64,000 nt of DNA from Callorhinchus milii (taxonomy: Eukaryota), in the NCBI RefSeq assembly GCF_018977255.1, contig NW_024704751.1:16492001-16556000 (forward strand), in the 5' to 3' direction. The notes under the pieces were generated by a model, which did not search any database, was not told the DNA's origin, and saw only the letters and a list, made by a program, of their open reading frames with translations. The position numbers and the translations under genes were made by a program. Shown here piece after piece: positions 28,305 through 40,023 of the stretch; positions within the stretch are counted from its first letter, which is position 1, and each line of letters starts with the position of its first letter.

Positions 28305-28668
28305 AATAGTAATAATCCTTGCGTATAGCCCCTTATCAAATCTTTGAGACGTCTAAAAGCGCTTCACAGAATATACTGCAAAGTGAATCGACTATATTTT
28401 GTGGGCGAAACGTGGCAGCCAATTGCGCAAAGCTGCACCCCAAAACAGTCATGGATTGAAGTGACTCATCTCTTATTTGTTTTTGAAGGAATTATTATCC
28501 CCAGAAAAGCGATCTGCCAATCGACTAGCAACTGGGTTCCTACTTACTGCTAAAAAGCATGTGGTGTAAGGAAACATGCCCAACGTTGCGCCCTACCGGG
28601 AATCAAACCCGGGTCGCTCGCTTGTGAGGCGAGTGCTCTAACTCTAGTCCTGAGCTGCAGGACTCCAC
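28305..28668 (-). mobile_element. tRNA-derived SINE, related longer subfamily
   Basis: Same tRNA head and tail, plus an extra internal segment (agtaagtaggaacccagttgctagtcgattggcaga). Confidence 0.8.
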
Positions 28669-29154
28669 TACCTGGACAACTTCTATTAATTCCTCTCTAC
28701 AGGATCAAAGTTTATTGGCTCTGTTTTGCCACAGTGGGTACGATGAGGGCTCCACGCTTTATTCACACAAACTACAACCGGAATCTGAAAATGTAAAGCG
28801 GAACTTGGATCAAACTTCTCGGGTCTCCATCGTGTCACTCTGATGGTCACTGAGTCTGAATGCAGACGGCCCATTGCTGTCGCTACCTTAACATGCGACA
28901 GCAAATACTTTCTCATTCTAAATCAAACACTTCCCTTGCAGTCGCAACAACCTATGCCAATATTTTAAAGAGCTGGATTGTATCCCTCCCCCCCCCCCTC
29001 CCCAAATTCTTTCAGTAAACCGAGCTGTGAGAAACAGGACCCAGTGGTGGGTCTTTAACTCCCTCCCGATGAGAGTCCAGTTTAACATCTCATTTCAAGG
29101 GACTGTCAATGCGCTGCTCCCCCCCTTTTAACAAAACAGCAATGGTATTAGCTG

Positions 29155-29390
29155 AATAATAATAATAATAATAATAATCCTTGCGTTTGATATAGCGCTT
29201 TTCACGTGGGGAGGACGTCCCAAAGCGCTTCGCGGAAACACACCGTCGAGTGAATTGACGGTGTATATATAGCTGTGGGCGAACGCGGCGGCCAATGGCG
29301 CACAGCGACGTCCCCCAAACCCAAGCGCCGTGGATTGAAAACGACCAATTTATTGTTGTTGTGGGGTTTTGGAGGGATTATTATTGGGCG
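29155..29390 (-). mobile_element. 5'-truncated copy of the tRNA-derived SINE
   Basis: (AAT)n followed by ccttgcgtttgatatagcgc and the shared body. Confidence 0.78.
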
Positions 29391-29599
29391 CATTTTTAAC
29401 CATTTGATTTGATTTGTAGGGTTAACGCCCTCTGTCAGGCGTTGAACTCCCGGACTGTGTTGTGTTGACCCTCCAACCCCCAGTGCTGTGCTGTTGGAAG
29501 GCGTTTTTGAACAAAAACGTGTCCACGCAGTTTGTACACCGAAATATGATCGGAACAGTGGGAGGTTTTTTTTTTGTTTTTTTTCCCCCAGCGGTTTGA

Positions 29600-30044
29600 T
29601 TCACGTTGCGGCTGTGTTTGCGCGACATCCGCCGCTGCGCTCAAATCAGCCACTGCCGCACACGACCGCAATGCCCAGCGGTGGCGCTGTGACTGCGGGG
29701 CGCCGCCGGGTGGCGCTGTGACTGCGGGGCAGCAGCGCTGTGGCTCCCGGGCGCCGCCGGGTGGCGCTGTGACTTCTGGGCGCCTCCGGGTGGGGTGGGG
29801 GGGAGCAGCGCTGTGACTCCCGGGCGCCGCCGGGTGGCGCTGTGACGCCGGGGCCGCCGGGTTTCTGCTGCTCGCCGGGAGACCTGGGGCTGGAGCCGGT
29901 GCTGGGCCCGGGATTGCGCGTTCCGCAGCGGGGGGGGGGGGGACAGGAAGCCGGTGACTTCCCCCGGGGGTGGGGTGCGGTGGGGAGAGCCTGGGGCAGG
30001 GAGACCGGGAGCCGCCGGGGGGCTGCGATGCTCAGTCCGGCGCC
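29600..30044 (+). promoter_or_regulatory. CpG-island promoter and 5' UTR of ZDHHC18, containing a GC-rich tandem repeat
   Basis: CpG-dense. CGCCGCCGGGTGGCGCTGTGAC repeats at 29701, 29752 and 29825. Confidence 0.65.
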
Positions 30045-30608
30045 ATGAAGGAGTGCGAGTACCGGCAGATCGCCCTGGGCCCGGCCTCAGCCTCGGGCTC
30101 GGGCTCGGCCTCGGGTCCGGGCCCTGCGGGCGGGAAGCGGCCCCTCCGCAGGAAGTGGGAGGCGTTCCCGGGCCGGAACCGCTTCTGCTGTAACGGGCGC
30201 CTGATGAGCGGCCGCCTGAGCGGCGCCTTCTACCTGACTCTGGGCCTCATCCTCGTCACCAGCGGCCTCTTCTTTGCCTTTGAGTGAGTCGCGCCCCGAA
30301 CCCCGACCGGTGGTGGTCCCCCCGGGGGTGGGTGGTGGGGGGGACACTGAGTAACAACCCCCATACCCCCCACCCTCCCCCCCCCCCGGGGGCTTCCCTG
30401 GGCCTCAGCCACTTTAGTTCTTGGTTAGTGTAGTGACTGTCTGTAGCGATGCCCCCATCCCCCCCCACCGATCGCTTGACCGTCTCATCCGAAGGACGGC
30501 GACTGACACTGCGAAGACCCCCCACCCCCCCGGCACAGCACTGGAGCGTCAGCCTGGACCGTGGGCTCAGGAGTGGCCTCGCGGTGTGTGGGGCTCGAGA
30601 CCACAATC

Positions 30609-30641
<33 letters not shown>

Positions 30642-33600
30642 TGAGCCCAGAGGTCGGAGCGCCATCAGCGGAGCTCTTCTGTTCCACTCGCGGCCACGCG
30701 ATTGGTGCAGAAAGTGGCCGCTCAGCCCACGGCGACGGGAACCGCTGACGTCCGACTGTTGTGCCAAACGAGCACAGGTTCTGACCGGGTGGATGTCGGG
30801 GGAACCCCCGTCCGCCTCTTCTCCTGCCGCTGCTGCTTCTCTCCGTCCGTCAAGGCCGGTTCTCAAGACCCGTTCTCTTCGACCGTGCCTTTGGTCTCCC
30901 TCACCATCTCTCTGCCTTCCCTCACCCCTACACCACCCCACCACCCCCACCCCCACGCTCGGGCCCGGACACCTGACCGTTCAGCCCTTTGGGACGTCCT
31001 CCCGACGTGAAAGGCGCTCTATAAATGTTGTTTTGTTGTGGTGGTGGTGGCGGCGGCGGCGGCGGTGGTTGTTGTTTCTCCTGATTAAAAGGCCATTTAA
31101 ATCCCATCAATCATTCTTTGTTTAAACTCACCCTCGAGATTCCAATTCATTTGCCGCCCATTTCATTTTGTGTAGAAGGTAGCGGTGCGGAGCCCGTGCT
31201 TCTCTATAACATTCCCTTTAAACTCATTATACTGTACAAATTGTACTGGGTAATGGGCTTCAGTGTGTGTGACCCAGATCCCAGATGTGGGGCTCAGCCG
31301 AGTGTTTCCTGTGTAACCAGATGTCTTTTGTTTGCAGCTGTCCTTACCTGACACGGCACCTGACTCTCGCCATCCCGATCATCGCTGGCTTCCTCTTCCT
31401 GTTTGTGGTCAGCGCCTTACTTCATACCAGCCTCAGTGACCCCGGCATTCTGCCCCGCGCCACACCCGAGGAGGCAGCTCACCTGGAGAGACAGATAGGT
31501 AACAGCAACAACAAGATCACATTGTATAGGGCCTTTCACGTCGGGAGGACGTCCCAAGGCAACTGGCCAGGCAGGAGGCAGCAGGGGGAAACCGGCCTGG
31601 CACTGGGCAGTCTTAGCTTTTGTCCCACTGAAATTTGTGTTCATTGGCCGCGGGAAATGTGCCGGAACCAGGAGCTGCTCTGTGCAGGATGAGGTGTTTT
31701 ATTCTGTCCCTTTGTGTGTCAGCAGCGTCTCTCTTGCAGATAAACTCTGTGGTTTGATTCCTTTTTTCTTGTTGTGCAACCTGGAGGATTCTGATGTATA
31801 TTTGTTTACATGTTGATGTTTTGATATTATGTTTTAAAAACAAGTTTGTTGATCATCATCCCCATTTTGAGGCACAGAGCTGCTGTGGGGTAACTGGCGT
31901 ACGGCACCATTTCACCCACAAGTTGGTAGAAATATTTTTAATCTGATGGGAGTGTTTAAAATTTCACGCAAAATTGGCCTGTGCGAGCTTCACTGCCGAT
32001 GTCCTGCGACTGACCGAGCCTCTGTTTCAGATAACTCCGGGGGATCCAGTTACCGGCCGCCACGCACCAGAGAGGTGCTGATCAACGGGCAGCCCGTCAA
32101 ACTCAAGTATTGTTTCAGTTGCAAAATGTTTCGGCCACCACGCACTTCACACTGCAGTTTGTGTGACAACTGTGTGGGTGAGTAGCAGCCTTGCCCCAGG
32201 CAGGAATGTGCTCTGTGATGTGGCCCCATAGTTGAGCTTTAATTCATAATAATAATCCTTGCATTTGATATAGCGCCTCATCACATCTTCGAGACATCTC
32301 AAAGCATTTCACAGAATACACTGTAAAGTGAATTGACTACATTTTGGTGGGGGGGTGGAGGGGAACACCCAAAAAACGAGTTTTATTGGAATGATCTGAA
32401 TGTTTTCTTTTCCCCCCTCAGAGCGATTTGACCACCACTGCCCCTGGGTTGGAAACTGTGTGGGGAAACGGAATTACAGATTCTTTTACATGTTTCTACT
32501 CTCGCTCTCATTCCTCACCGCTTTCATCTTTGCATGTGTGATAACACACCTCACGCTGAGTAAGTGCTTTACTCTCTCTCGTTAGATAATAAGGCTAATG
32601 AGATGCTGGACCTTATAAGAAGATGGTCTAGAACATAAGATACGGCAGCCGTCAGTCACACTTCATGTGCTGTTGTGTACATATTGGATATTAGGAAGAT
32701 AGACTAAAAAGTGTCTAGCAACAATTCACCAGTTTATGTGGCACAAAGTCAATTAGGGTTATATTCTTTAGAGTGGAAAGGGTGAACAGTTCAATAATGA
32801 ATGGAATTCATAATTGTGGGCGAATGTGTCAGGCATGGGGGTGAGGATTTGGGATGGGGGGTGGGGGGTGTGTAAAGAGAATGGAAGCAGCTGTTAACCT
32901 TTCACAATTTTTTACTCTTCTTCTAGGATCTCAAAGAATTGGGTTGTTAAATGTCCTCCAGGAATCTCCAGCCAGATATCCTTCGAGATATGGGGAGAGT
33001 GTGTTCTTGCTTGTCAGTGTGCGCGTGTTGATCTGTGTTTGCGTATGTGGGTCAGCGTGTATGGGTTTGTGTGCCTCAGTGTGTGAAGCAGTTACGTTGC
33101 GTTACATGGTACTTACCTTGACACCCTCACTGCCCTCGAGCTGTTGATCTGCTTTTTTTCTGTCTGGTCCATTCTCGGTCTTTCTGGCTTCCACACATAC
33201 CTCGTGGCTTCCAATCTGACAACCAATGAAGATGTAAGTACAACTGAATCTTCACATTTGATATAGTGCCTTATCAAGTCGTTGAGATGTCTGAAAGCGC
33301 TTCACAGAATATATTGTAAAGTGTTTTTGTGGGCGAAACACAGCAATGATAATACTAATAATCTTTGCATTTGATATAGTCCTTTCATGTCTTCTCGACA
33401 TCTCAAAGCGCTTCACAGAATAAGCTGTAAAGTGAATTGACCGTATATATATTCTGTGGGCAAAACTCGGCAGCCAATTGCGCACAGCAGTGTCCCACAA
33501 ACCGTCGTGGATTGAAAATTACCAATTTATTATTATTTTGTTTTGGAGGGATTATTATTAGGCTCTGTGTGGAGTAAGAAAACTTGCCCAAGGTTTCACC

Positions 33601-34245
33601 CTCTGCCTGGAATTGAACCCAGGTGTCTCGCTTGCAAGGCGAGTGCTCTAACCACTGAGCTACAGGACTCCACAGCAGTGTCCCACGAACGGAGTGACCA
33701 AATTACAGTATTATTAATTTTATTTTGTTTGTAACTTTGTCTAATGCTCTTATTATTTTATAACAGATTAAAGGCTCTTGGACCACAAAGCGAGGCTGTG
33801 AGGAGACTGGTAACCCATATAGCTACAACAGCGCTCTCACCAACTGCTGTGCCGTGCTGTGTGGCCCCATGCCACCCAGGTAACACATAGTTAGACTGAT
33901 GTTACTGCTGGTGGGGGCGGTAGGTGGGGGCACAGAAAAGGGCTCACACACATTAACCCCAAACTGAGGGCTCAGGGGAATGTGTTCAATATAACAATAA
34001 TAATCCTTGCATTTGATATAGCGCCTTATCACAACTTTGAGACGTCTCAAAGCGCTTCACATGTGATCATATTGAGCAATGTGTTGGCGTGTTATTCTGT
34101 GACTCACTCGCCATGTCTCGTCTCCAGTTTAATTGACAGGCGAGGCTACCTGGAGATGGACACTGAGCAACAGCCTGGACACAAGTGCAGCCCAGCATCG
34201 CAGGGAACTGGAGCAGAAGCTAGCCTGGTAGGATGTGCTCTCTAA
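30045..34245 (+). CDS. ZDHHC18: Palmitoyltransferase ZDHHC18 (355-aa isoform)
   Basis: Exons 30045-30283, 31338-31498, 32031-32177, 32422-32559, 32927-32975, 33131-33233, 33767-33879, 34128-34245. Start [84 protein letters not shown]. Intron 5 is AT-AC. Confidence 0.93.
32976..33130 (+). other. U12-type (minor spliceosome) AT-AC intron of ZDHHC18
   Basis: 5' end ATATCCTTC, branch-like CCTTGAC ending 8 nt before the junction, 3' end CAC. Splicing restores [26 protein letters not shown] in frame. Confidence 0.92.
33350..33673 (-). mobile_element. tRNA(Ala)-derived SINE, full-length copy
   Basis: Reverse complement of the 44501/57439 family. Confidence 0.88.
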
Positions 34246-35125
34246 TCCTACCATGAATTCATGTCATTCCTGAGCAGTGACTCCAGCACTTCTCATCCTC
34301 TTATCCTTTTTCCCCCCCGAATGGCCGCGGAGATGGGAGATTGAGGTGCCGGGTACGATCCGTAGTGGGAATGTTGGAGATGATCTCCTCTGTGTGGCTG
34401 AGGATCGGCACAGGAGCGGGGAGGAGAGACTCTGAAGCAGAGACTGCTCTCTGCCAGTGCGGGTGAGCCCAGAGCTACCCCAAGACAGACTGTCCCAGCC
34501 TCCTTGGCTCACCAAGAGCCAGAAGCAGTGATCGCGATGACCGGACTCCGTCGTGCTTCAGATATCACGAACGAAGGCAGAGCTGTGTACATAATTCTTT
34601 TCATATGGTGTTTCGGGCATATGTATTTATTCTGGGCTGTTTCAGGGAGAGGTCTCTGGCCTGATATCTACTTACACGGGCAGCTTCGCTGCTGCACTCT
34701 GATATCAGGCAACATCTCAATCTAAGTCGGAGCCAATTTGTACAAGGCGGGAATGTGGGGAGAGCAAAAGTGGTCGTTACACTTTGTGTGGGGCAGGAGG
34801 TGTCTGGGCTGGTGCTCACTCCCCCACTGGAGCTCTGAGCAACATGCTCTGGGGCTGTGGTGCTTGTGAAGTGTTTGTGCACAATGGGAGGCTGCTTTCC
34901 ACAGCAGGTGCTGAGTAGAGGTGCCGGCTCTGGTCCAGCGTGGGTGCAGCAGGTACTTTGCTTCCTCTGTCCATCGACCTGGTCGCTACTGCATCATCAG
35001 ATACACGGCCTGTGGTTTCAGCTCAAGGTGGATTATTCCTCCCCCAGGTACTTGTCTGTGCACAATCTTCAGTCTCTCTTCATTCTCTAAAACAAAATGC
35101 AAAATACCACAGATGTTGGAAATCT

Positions 35126-35306
35126 GAAACAAAAACAGAAGCCGCTGGGAACACTCAGCAGGTCAGGCAGCATCTATGGAGAAAGGAAAGTAAGTCAGTG
35201 TTTCGGTCCCCGTTCTGACGAAGGGTCGAAACGCTGACTCACTTTCCTTTCTCCATAGATGCTTCCTGACCCGCTGAGTGTTCCCAGCGACTTCTGTTCT
35301 TGTTTC
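35126..35306. repeat. Palindromic (inverted-repeat) element with a CTGACGA...GAAAC core, possibly Penelope-derived
   Basis: Arm 35126-35205 is a near-perfect reverse complement of 35227-35306. Confidence 0.7.
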
Positions 35307-38084
35307 TCTTCCATCTCTTGTTGCTGTTTTCGTGGATTCCAAGAGATGTTTAGAAAAATAAATGGTGTAAAATCAGTGCGAGACTATTACACGGCAACAC
35401 AAGCACTGGTTGTGGGGTGGGGGTGGGGGGGGAAGAAGAGACACTTTCCCCTCACTAGATATGCACAATCACAGAGTCCTCCCTCCGCCCCAGTGAATGA
35501 GAGAATAGAGCATGAAGGATTGGAGGGAGGAGGCAATACAGCCAAGAGCGAGTGGTACCAGAGTGCTAATGGAGTGTGAAGCCACAGCAGATGCCACTCA
35601 ACACATGCAGCAAATTGACAGCAAGAAAAATGTTGTAATGAAGGTGGAGGCAATTTCATTCTTTGTTGTCTGTGCTGGTGCTCACTCCTCACTGGAGCTC
35701 TTTAATCCCATTCCCTGCTCTTTCCCCGCTGTGTGTATGTGTGTGCTGGTGCTCACTATACTAAATCCTGCTCTTTCCCCATAGCATTCAAAAATGTTTT
35801 TCTCAGTCGCTATCTGATTTACTTTTGAGTGTAGTCACGAGATCCATCTTCAATGACCATTTGTGGTCAGGCATTCCCCATTCTAACTGTGTGTTGTGAG
35901 TGAGTGATGATTGGGAGGAGGAGTCTCTGAATATAATAATAATAATCCTTGCATTTGATATAGCGCTTTTCACGTCTTCTAGACATCTCAAAGCGCTTCA
36001 CAGAATATACTGTAAAGTGAATTAACTGTATAAACATTGAATGTAACGTCAAGCAGAACCCAGTGTTACAACAACAACAAATTGCATTGATATAGAACCT
36101 ATCACGTCGGAAGTTACTATCTGATGTGGAAGGTGGGGGGGTGGTCTTTACCAGGCACTCAAGTAGACAATAAATAGAATCTACAATATTGAATGACCAA
36201 AGTGATTAGAAACATTAAGCCAGGAGATTTGGAACAGGAGTTAATGCAATGCTACCATTCCCACCTCCTAGCGTTGACACTGACAGCTGTGTGAGCGTTG
36301 AGTGAAGTGTGTGGGGGTTGGGGAGTAAGTAATGCTTAGTGTTTGTTTCCTAGGAAATTTGTGAGGAGTTTGCAGTTTCATGCTCAGCGTGATGGAGGTA
36401 GAGGTGCAGATTGAACTACTTGTCAGAGTTTATAGCGGGTAAGGCTCTGCCCTATGGCACCATCTCCATTAGCCACAGCATTGCATGTGGGTGACACAAC
36501 TCAGAGCAACTTCTTCACATGAATCTTGATAGTTCTGTCAGGCAGCTCCTCGTCCCTCTGCCTGTAACTTTTACACTGTTGCTGCACACAATTTGCTCCC
36601 ATCATGGAGTCTCCGTTCTGACTGCGACTAAGAACTTTAGATGTTGAAAGACACAGAGACAGATACAGAGTTCAGAGTGAATGGTCTGGGTGTTGGCTCC
36701 TGTACAGTGTGAATGCTTTGTCAAAATGTAAACAACGTTTTCAAGAGAGAAATGTCCCAGTGAGGATGGCTATTGCTTTGACCCCTAAATTGTGGTATTA
36801 ATTTAGCTCCGTTATAATGAGGGGAGGTAGACTTCTCATTACAACCCCCCGTCCTGATCTCAGCCTGTGGTTCTCCCTTCGCTTTTTCTTCAGGTGGAAG
36901 GTTTAGCTATGTTTCCTCTCACAGCTCTCTCTGCCCCATGCTGTGATCGAGCTTATAGAGTTCACAGCCATCAGCTGTCTGAGGTAGTTTGCTGAGGGCA
37001 GTGTGACATCCTTCGCTGTGCCCGGGCTGTCGTCTTGAGGCAATGGGAGTACTGTGTTGGTTATCTGTGGCGCAGCTCCAGTTGCTGGCCATCTGACTGG
37101 TGTAAAGTATAGAGCAGGAATGGCTGTTACCGTCATTGTTCAACAGTCGGTCTGTAACTCATCCCAGAACGTTGCACGTTGTGATGTTGTTACTGATGGT
37201 AAAGGATGGATTGTCCAACCTAGTGGTTGCTGCAAGCCTGCGTCACGCTCTGCTGGTCACTGTGTGTGAGGTGCTGGAGTCTGTCTATTGTGCGTCCTTG
37301 CATTGCCTGTAAGCTGCTCTGTGATTATCCCATTCTCTTCCATTCTGTATGTTGACCTCCCTAGATGTTTCAGCACAAGGTGATGCCATTTGGACCATCA
37401 AACCTGTGCTCCTTCCCTGCTCTAATCCCAATTCCTTGTGATTTTCTAAGACGTCTTTACACAGATTCTCTTCAAATTCGTATCCAATTTCCCTTTAAAA
37501 TTGGTTGTATTCTCAGCCTCAACAGCCGTCTGTAGCAAAGCATTCTGTGTTGCAATAACTTTCTGCTTTTAAAAGTTTCTTCTAACCCTTTAACTCTCTG
37601 GTAATCCAGGCCTTGCACCTGCTGTTAACAGATTCTCCAACCCATGGAAATAATCTTCATTATTTATCCTTGAAATATTTCAGAATTTTGAAGCCTCAAT
37701 TAGATCCCTATCGACCCTTCTTCTGGTTAAATCCCCCGTTTTTTTACATAATTACCTAAAATCACATATGATCTTATTCTTGTGAACGTTTCTGCTCTTT
37801 CTGTAGCTTTTATCAGGCTGAAGTAATGTATGTTGAGGAGGTGGTGGGGAAGAGCACTGCTAACTTCCTGATAGAATGTTCTTTATTTCAGTGGTGCATT
37901 AACGAGGTTTCCAGAGGAAAGCCAGAATATAACCTTGGGTGCATTCTGAGCCTCGTTTCTTGCTGCTCTCTGATCCAATCTCTGTTCACATGTTACTAAC
38001 TTCTTTTTCTTTTCTCCTTCTCTCTGCTCCTATCCTCACCCTTCCCTCCCTCCCTCCCTCCGTCTACTTCTCAATGTGATGCAG

Positions 38085-38249
38085 TGTGACCAGGGCCACT
38101 GTGGTGTACAAGGCGCTAAGTGGCTTTTGCAGACCGATCTGTGTGCACTGAATCCAATCAAACCTGATCCAGAGAAAGCGGACAGCTCCCAGTCTCCGAG
38201 CCCTCGCTCTCAAAGGAAAGGTACGGAACCGCTGAAACTGAAAGCATAG
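38085..38249 (+). CDS. ZDHHC18: Putative alternative terminal coding exon of ZDHHC18 (gives a 404-aa isoform)
   Basis: Long pyrimidine tract and CAG acceptor. In frame with the internal donor CTG|GTAGGA at 34227/34228. Encodes CDQGHCGVQGAKWLLQ...LKLKA*. AATAAA at 39185. Confidence 0.65.
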   Translation, partial: CDQGHCGVQGAKWLLQTDLCALNPIKPDPEKADSSQSPSPRSQRKGTEPLKLKA

Positions 38250-39694
38250 ACTCCCAGCCTGTTAGCATTGCTGGAGTCTTCCCGGCCCTTCCCAGCAGTG
38301 CGGTGGGGGTCTGTCACTCACAAGCTGCCTGATGTGATGCCGTCCAGTCTTGTGTGCCGGGAGCAGTAGCTGCTGCACAGGCGGAGTTTCTGACTGTTGG
38401 ACGTGAAGGTGACCAGTGCCGTAGAGGAAAGCTGCAGAGGGAGCAGTGTGGCACCAAGTGAACCATTCAGACACAGAATATTCATCTGGCAGGTGCAACA
38501 GCTTTGTTCTGCCTGATTCTAATAATCTAATGAATATGTAGTTCCTTTCCTGACTCAGGCTGCAATAATACAGGCACCATCACCCTGTTCTGCACCTGGG
38601 TGACTGCTTCACCCTGTCAGAGAAGGTGTGTATCTGCCACAGTGGGTATCTGCAGGGGGAACTGAAATGAGAGTGGTCAGAACACGGTACGGGTAATAAT
38701 CAACGCTTCTTACGCACTAACGTTTAACAGGTTTAGAGATGCTGTCATTTATTATCCGAACAACATTATCTTAAACTTCCTGTGTTCCACACAAAGTCTT
38801 TTAGCATCAGTAAAGCAGGAAATTAGGAAGCTGGTGGCAGGGGCTGGTACTGTGTGCTATTGCCAGAACCCAGGCGTGTAGATTTGTTTGTGGCTCTGAA
38901 TTGTTCAGAAGCGTTCCAGGACACCTCACCGGTACCTGTCTGACCTGAGCTGGTTTGGCACCTTGCAGCGGAAAGTGTGTTAGATTTATTCTGTGAAAGT
39001 GACATTTTAGTAAGCGAGGAAGAGAGTGGCAGTGAAACCTTTACTTTAATGTCACAGTATGATCATTATTCACCAATACTGATTTGTATAGTTTGTTGCT
39101 TCAGGTGTTATATAAAGTGCCTTCTGCAACTGCTTTGTAGAAATCAAATGCCTCTGTTCACACATACTGTCATGTACCCACAGCAATAAATAAATTAATT
39201 ACAGGGAATTAGCTATTGTTTCAAAGTCAGTCTTTTCAACTGTTTGAAAGAACCACCTCACCCTTATTCATCAGGGAAATGTAGAGTGTGTGACAAGCAT
39301 TCCAGATTCAGTAATCACTTGTTCTTTTATCCCATCTCCGAGAGTCAGTGTCCACAGCCACCGTCATGAATTGGGGATGTGTAAACACCCCAATCATTAC
39401 ACCCAGAGGCAAAGATCAACAACATGAACAGATCAGTGAGATTTCAGATCCAAGAACTTTTATTCCTTGCATAAAAAAATAAATTTGATGTCAACGACAA
39501 ATTACATTTGTATAGCACCTTGCATTTCGGGAGGACGTCCCAAGGCACTGGACAGCCAAGGATTTGGACCCAAGCAGGGGGTTGGGATGAGAGGGCGAGG
39601 AGGGTAGGGGTGTTTTACAACGTAACAATGTGTGTTTTACAACATAAGATCATTGTTGTTCTTGTGTCCACAGCATTGTGAAAAGCTGTGGGTT

Positions 39695-40023
39695 CTAGCT
39701 GTGTCCTGGATCACAACTCGAATGTGGCAGCTCTTTGCTCTCTATTTCTTTAAGCAGGTGTGGCTGGTGCTTCTGAAGCAGGCTGTGCAAAATATCCATT
39801 GCATCATTTCCCTTTTTAATCACAAAATTCAGGGTTTCTCTGACTTGTTCTTTCAGGAGGTTGACACTGATAAGCTTCTCGTACTCTGCCTCATTGAGGA
39901 TTTCCCAGTGGCGCAGCTCTTCGATCGAACTGTTGATCTCGGGGATCCTGCAAGTCAGGGTTAGCTTGTTTCTCTGCAGGAAATGCTTGTCTGTCTTCAC
40001 ACTCAACTGTCTGTCTCCTGTGA
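39695..40023 (-). CDS. Terminal exon of the unnamed gene: CARD domain
   Basis: [38 protein letters not shown]...[36 protein letters not shown] follows the six-helix CARD pattern of ASC/NLRP1/CARD8-type CARDs. Confidence 0.88.

Noticed and set aside
30256-31125. Several 100-234 aa ORFs in ZDHHC18 intron 1
   Set aside because: GC-rich CpG-island and simple-repeat sequence with no domain features.
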